The translations under genes and the position numbers were made by a program. The notes beneath the pieces are model-generated. The model searched no databases. It saw only the letters and a program-made list of their open reading frames with translations, and was not told the DNA's origin. Below are positions 59,830 through 64,000 of a stretch of DNA of 64,000 bases, piece after piece. Where the stretch lies: positions 649 to 64,648 of the forward strand of contig CAMDSH010000019.1 in the NCBI GenBank assembly GCA_945907045.1. Reading direction: 5' to 3'. Origin of the DNA: Rhizobium sp. Q54 (GTDB lineage Bacteria > Pseudomonadota > Alphaproteobacteria > Rhizobiales > Xanthobacteraceae). Positions within the stretch are counted from its first letter, which is position 1. Each line of letters starts with the position of its first letter.

Positions 59830-60618
59830 ATGAGCCGTAAGGCCGTTTTAGGCGCATTGTTCCTGAGTTTGGCGGCTACGCCCGTCTGGGCGCAGGCCGT
59901 CCCGCTGCCGACCCCGGCGCCAAAGACCACCGGGACCGTGACGCCCGCGAAACCCGCCAGGCCGGCGCAGGCGCCGACCGCCGTGCAGGCCGCCCCGCAG
60001 CGCGAAGCGCCGCCCGCCATTACCAATCCCTTTGCTGCGTTGTTCGGCGACGGCAAGCCAAGCGGCCCCGCCAACGTCACGCCCGAGCAGCGCAAGGTCA
60101 TCGACCGGGTGAGCAATTATCTTTCCAGCGTGCAGGTCCTCACCGGCGACTTCGTGCAAGTCGGTCCCGATGGCAAGCGCACGCAGGGACAGTTTTATAT
60201 CCAGAAGCCCGGCAAGGTGCGCTTCGAGTATGAACCGCCGAGCCCGATCGAGCTGATCGCCGACGGCGAATCCGTCGTGGTGCGCGACCGCAAGCTCGCG
60301 ACGCAGGATCTTTTCCCGCTCTCGCAAACGCCGCTGCGTTTTCTTCTCTCCAGCCGCGTCGATTTGCTGAAAGACACGAACCTTGTCGCAGTCTATGCCG
60401 ACGACGTGTTCATCACCACGGTGATCGAGGAAAAGAACGGCGTCATCGGCACCAGCCGGCTGATGATCATGTTCAGCGCGCAGGACATGCAGCTCAAGCA
60501 GTGGACGGTGACCGACCCGCAGGGTTTCGACACCACCATCGCGGTATACAATCTCAACACCACCAAGCGGCCCGACCCCGCGATGTTCAAGATCGATTAC
60601 ACGCGGAATATTCAGTAG
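59830..60618 (+). CDS. lolA: LolA-like outer-membrane lipoprotein carrier protein with Pro/Ala-rich N-terminal spacer
   Basis: ATG at 59830. Signal peptide MSRKAVLGALFLSLAATPVWA, a Pro/Ala/Thr-rich region of about 60 aa, then a LolA fold (L.GDF.Q....G....G.FY..KPGK.RFEY..P....I..DG). ftsK-lolA synteny. Confidence 0.82.
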   Translation: MSRKAVLGALFLSLAATPVWAQAVPLPTPAPKTTGTVTPAKPARPAQAPTAVQAAPQREAPPAITNPFAALFGDGKPSGPANVTPEQRKVIDRVSNYLSSVQVLTGDFVQVGPDGKRTQGQFYIQKPGKVRFEYEPPSPIELIADGESVVVRDRKLATQDLFPLSQTPLRFLLSSRVDLLKDTNLVAVYADDVFITTVIEEKNGVIGTSRLMIMFSAQDMQLKQWTVTDPQGFDTTIAVYNLNTTKRPDPAMFKIDYTRNIQ

Positions 60619-60626
60619 CTCTTTTC

Positions 60627-60730
60627 ATTCCGGGGCGCTGCAACGCAGCGAACCCGGAATCCAGAAACACAACGGTTTTACAAAAGCTCTGGATTCCAGC
60701 TCTCGCGCGCTTTGCGCGCTCGGCCGGAAT
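60627..60730. repeat. two REP-like palindromes with GGATTCC / GGAAT termini
   Basis: ATTCCGGG-G-CGCTGC-AAC-GCAGCG-AA-CCCGGAAT at 60627-60660, and ATTCCAGC...CGCGCGC-TTT-GCGCGC...GCCGGAAT at 60693-60730. Confidence 0.7.
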
Positions 60731-60747
60731 GACTAAGTAGATGGGCC

Positions 60748-61566
60748 ATGCAATTCAAAATCACCACCTGGAACATCAATTCGGTGCGCCTTCGCATCGA
60801 TCTGGTGGCGAAGTTCATTAAATCGGCGCGGCCCGATGTTCTCTGCCTGCAGGAAACCAAATGCCCGGACGATAAATTCCCGTTCAAGCGTTTCCAGCGG
60901 CTCGGCTACCAGCACATCGCACTCAACGGACAGAAGGGCTATCACGGCGTGGTCGTGCTCTCGCGCCACCCATTCGAGCGTTTCGACATTCAGACATTTT
61001 GCGGCAAGACCGATTGCCGCCACATCTCGGCGGTGATCGGCGATCGCGCGGGCCTGCGCGATCCGATCACGCTGCATAATTTCTACGTGCCGGCAGGCGG
61101 CGACATTCCCGATCCCAAGCTCAATCCGAAATTCGAGCACAAGCTCGCCTTCCTCGACGAGATGCGCGAGCACAAGGGATTGCGTCCGGGCAAATCCGAG
61201 CGCGCCATTCTGGTCGGCGATCTCAACGTCGCGCCGCTCGAACACGACGTGTGGTCGCACAAGCAGATGATCCGCGTCGTCTCGCATACGCCGGTCGAAT
61301 GCGAAAAGCTCAACCTTGCGCGCAATACCGGCGGCTGGGTCGACACCATGCGCGTGCTCACGCCCGAGCCGGAAAAGCTCTACACATGGTGGAGCTACCG
61401 CGCGATGGACAACTGGCGCGAGGCCGACCGTGGACGCCGGCTCGATCACATCTGGACATCGCCCGCGCTTGCGGACCGCGTTTCGAAAATAAAAATCGCC
61501 AAGGATTATCGCGGCGCCACGCAGCCATCCGACCATGTGCCGGTGACGGCGACGATAGAAATCTAG
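60748..61566 (+). CDS. xthA: exodeoxyribonuclease III
   Basis: 272 aa. ITTWNINS.R.R......F......PDVLCLQETK, GDLNVAP, and SDH.PV at the C-terminus. Confidence 0.93.
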   Translation: MQFKITTWNINSVRLRIDLVAKFIKSARPDVLCLQETKCPDDKFPFKRFQRLGYQHIALNGQKGYHGVVVLSRHPFERFDIQTFCGKTDCRHISAVIGDRAGLRDPITLHNFYVPAGGDIPDPKLNPKFEHKLAFLDEMREHKGLRPGKSERAILVGDLNVAPLEHDVWSHKQMIRVVSHTPVECEKLNLARNTGGWVDTMRVLTPEPEKLYTWWSYRAMDNWREADRGRRLDHIWTSPALADRVSKIKIAKDYRGATQPSDHVPVTATIEI

Positions 61567-62057
61567 TTATCGCCGCGTCCGGGCCGGAAACTCGGCGCGT
61601 CGCGCGTGTCCAGTACGCGCCGCACATTGGCGATCTCGCGCGTCCACTGATCGACGCGCGCCGACATGGTGTCGCGTAATTTTTTCGCCGCCGCCGGATA
61701 GCCTTCCAGTGTTTTAAGAAAAAGACTGCGCGATACGCGCACGACAATGGTGGGCTCAAGCGCGGAAGCCGTCGCCGGGCGCACGGTGTCGGTGAGCAGC
61801 GCAAGTTCGCCGAGCAGCGTGCCGGGGCCGGCGATAAGTTCGACGATGCCTTCCGTCGGCGTGCCGGGTTCGAGCGTCAGCGAACCTTCCTGAATGATAT
61901 ATCCGCCGTCGGCGGGATCGCCCGCGTTGAACAGCACAGCACCGCTTTGCAGGTATTGGCTCTCGGCGCCGATGGCGAGAATGCGCAACGCGGGACGCCC
62001 GAGCAGCGAGAACATCGGCACCCGCTCGAAAAATCCGATGTCTTCTTCGATGCCCAT
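61563..62057 (-). CDS. stand-alone cyclic-nucleotide-binding domain protein
   Basis: 164 aa. F..VP.F..L...AL..LA......Y...G..LF..GD.ADG.YII..G...L and ...GELALL... match a CAP/PKA-regulatory-type cNMP-binding fold. No HTH. Confidence 0.8.
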   Translation of the reverse strand: MGIEEDIGFFERVPMFSLLGRPALRILAIGAESQYLQSGAVLFNAGDPADGGYIIQEGSLTLEPGTPTEGIVELIAGPGTLLGELALLTDTVRPATASALEPTIVVRVSRSLFLKTLEGYPAAAKKLRDTMSARVDQWTREIANVRRVLDTRDAPSFRPGRGDN

Positions 62058-62066
62058 GATTTTAAG

Positions 62067-62753
62067 TTACGGCACCAGCTTGTAGCCGCCAGCCTCGGTG
62101 ACCAGGATCGCGGGCGCTGCCGCGTCGCGCTCGACCTTCTGGCGCAGCCGGTAGATGTGCGTTTCCAGCGTGTGCGTGGTGACCCCGGAATTGTAACCCC
62201 ACACTTCCTGCAGCAGCGTCTCGCGCGACACCGGCTTTTGTCCGGCGCGATAGAGATAACGCAGGATCGCGGTTTCCTTTTCCGTCAGCCGCACTTTACT
62301 CCCTTTGGGACTGAGCAGAAGTTTCGATGAGGGACGGAACGTGTAGGGACCGATGTTGAACACCGCGTCCTCGCTCGCTTCGTGCTGGCGCAGTTGCGCG
62401 CGGATACGCGCGAGCAGCACGGCGAAACGGAACGGCTTGGTGACGTAATCGTTGGCGCCGGATTCAAGCCCGAGAATGGTGTCGGAGTCGGTGTCGTGGC
62501 CGGTGAGCATGATGATCGGCGCCTTGAATCCGTTCTTGCGCAAAATGCGCACGGCTTCACGCCCGTCCACATCGGGCAGTCCGACATCCATCAGCACGAG
62601 ATCGATCTGACCGGCCTTCGCCGCCTGCACGCCCTTGGTGCCGCTATCCACCGCCACGGCGTCGAATTCCTCGTGCAACGCAATCTGCTCGACCAGCGCT
62701 TCGCGCAATTCGTCGTCGTCATCCACGATCAGGATCGTGCGCGTATTGGGCAT
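62067..62753 (-). CDS. OmpR-family response regulator (orphan; CenR/OtpR-like by context)
   Basis: 228 aa. Receiver domain (ILIVDDDDELREAL...DLVLMDVGLPDVDG...IIMLTG...KPF) plus a winged-helix domain (LTEKE.AILRYL......VSRE.LL.EVWGY......T...HIYRLRQK). No histidine kinase adjacent. 9 nt upstream of the cNMP-binding gene. Confidence 0.88.
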   Translation of the reverse strand: MPNTRTILIVDDDDELREALVEQIALHEEFDAVAVDSGTKGVQAAKAGQIDLVLMDVGLPDVDGREAVRILRKNGFKAPIIMLTGHDTDSDTILGLESGANDYVTKPFRFAVLLARIRAQLRQHEASEDAVFNIGPYTFRPSSKLLLSPKGSKVRLTEKETAILRYLYRAGQKPVSRETLLQEVWGYNSGVTTHTLETHIYRLRQKVERDAAAPAILVTEAGGYKLVP

Positions 62754-62901
62754 TCGCTTGCAGCCCCCTTAAGGGACCCCCAAAAACCCACGGGGACCCA
62801 TCTCACCGGCAGTCGCGGAGTAGAACATTCAGGGCTAAAAGAGCAAGCGGGGGTTGCTAGTTAGGGGTAGCCCGCTCCGTCAGGGATTTAAGACACAGGC
62901 G

Positions 62902-63432
62902 ATGCGCAAATATTCCCTCCCAGTGCTGTATGTCCGGGGCAAGCCGGGAAACGCGGCCCAGGGCTGGCTCACCGCCGGTCCGTTCGCGGTGCCGGTCGCG
63001 CTAGGGCGCGGCGGCATCAAGACCAACAAACGCGAAGGCGACGGCGCGACCCCGCGCGGGATATTCCGGCCGGTGCGGCTGTGGTGGCGCGCGGACCGCC
63101 ATCCGCGTCCGCGGACCATGCTGCCGGTACGCCGCATCGGACCTCGCGACGGCTGGTGCGAGGATCCCGCCCACCGTCTTTACAACCAGCCGGTGCATGT
63201 GCCAGACGGGAGCAAGGCCGACCGCCTCATGCGGAAAGACAGTCTCTACGATTTCATCGTCGAGCTCGATCACAACACCCTCCCACGCATTGCCGGGCGC
63301 GGCAGCGCGGTGTTCGTGCATATCGCACGCGATGGTTTTGCGCCGACCGCCGGATGTGTGGCGCTCAAAGAAAAAGCATTGCAGCGTCTGCTCGCACGTT
63401 TGAGCCTGCGCACGAAGATCGTTGTTGGATAA
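62902..63432 (+). CDS. L,D-transpeptidase-like (YkuD-fold) protein without obvious signal peptide
   Basis: ATG at 62902. GDGATPRG and the catalytic-type motif GSAVFVHIARDGFAPTAGCVAL (H...C). 176 aa. Confidence 0.72.
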   Translation: MRKYSLPVLYVRGKPGNAAQGWLTAGPFAVPVALGRGGIKTNKREGDGATPRGIFRPVRLWWRADRHPRPRTMLPVRRIGPRDGWCEDPAHRLYNQPVHVPDGSKADRLMRKDSLYDFIVELDHNTLPRIAGRGSAVFVHIARDGFAPTAGCVALKEKALQRLLARLSLRTKIVVG

Positions 63433-63595
63433 AATTTCGTTACCCGCAGGTTGCGATTGATTAAGCATACCAAATTTACGCCGGAACCCCGCTTCCGGAA
63501 TTAACAAAACACAAATCCCGCTCGTTTATTTTCCCGTTATCCGGCAGCTCCGTCATTTTGCGGCGGCGTGCCGATTATTTTTTTGGGGACGACGA

Positions 63596-64000
63596 TGGAT
63601 ACCGGGATTACCCGTCAGACGATTGCCACATCAGCTTCGGCAGCCGCGCCTATGCGCGCAGCTGCACCTGCCGCAGCGGCGGCGCGCGAGTCGCTTGGAC
63701 GCGTCATCGCCGTTGGCGGCGCGCAAGCCACCGTCGGATTGAGCGCGGCCTCGTGCAACCTCGCCGAAAAGGCGCAAGCCAAGGTCGGGAAATTTCTTGG
63801 CATCGTCAGCGGCAAATCCATCATCATCGGCGTCATCACTGAACTGGCCGAACAGCCGCCGTCGCAGGCGGCGCATGTGAGCACCGCGCGCCTCGACATG
63901 GTCGGCGAAATCAAATCCGACGAACGCGGCGCGGCGCGCTTTCAGCGCGGCATCACCGAATATCCCTCGATCAGCGATCCCTGCATGATGCTGACCGACC
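63596..64000 (+). CDS. HerA-like (DUF87/COG0433) ATPase, N-terminal fragment (runs off window end)
   Basis: The ATG at 63596 stays open to the window end: MDTGITRQTIA...GRVIAVGGAQATVGL...VGKFLGIVSGKSIIIGVITEL...ARLDMVGEIKSDERGAARFQRGITEYPSISDP, resembling the HAS-barrel N-domain of HerA-type ATPases. High GC3. Confidence 0.55.

Overview
High-G+C (mid-60s % by eye), gene-dense chromosomal segment whose gene content and synteny look like an alphaproteobacterium of the Hyphomicrobiales, probably Nitrobacteraceae/Bradyrhizobiaceae-like. That assignment is an inference from synteny, for example hemC-hemD-MIC60-like-hemY, tandem glnK-amtB pairs, and ftsK-lolA. About 60 CDS and 2 tRNAs (Thr-CGU, Gly-GCC) are supported. 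I saw no rRNA, CRISPR array, transposase, integrase or phage gene. Content from left to right: (1) the distal part of a Tad/Flp pilus operon (cpaB-cpaC-lipoprotein-cpaE-cpaF'); (2) an unassigned uptake/catabolic island: AhpD/CMD-like protein, a NitT/TauT-type ABC importer with two paralogous binding proteins, an alpha/beta hydrolase, an atypical M24 protein and a PcaB/PurB-family lyase; (3) an MFS transporter; (4) a lower-G+C pair of ParA/MinD-like genes (one with a degenerate Walker A) plus a 35-aa membrane micro-ORF next to tRNA-Thr; (5) housekeeping genes: heme cluster, tsaD, gpsA, acs, rsmB, purH, a giant NAD-GDH, ggt, thioredoxin/YbbN, ubiH-like, tesB, two glnK-amtB pairs, ftsK, lolA and xthA; (6) a LemA-TPM-TPM-TPM operon; (7) an orphan OmpR-type regulator with a cNMP-binding protein, divergent from an L,D-transpeptidase-like gene; (8) a HerA-like ATPase cut by the window end. 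The best candidate for something undescribed is the ParA / pseudo-ParA / micro-ORF module at 15.1-17.0 kb. The ABC/enzyme island and the duplicated LemA-TPM module come next. The many long ORFs antisense to real genes are high-GC artefacts.
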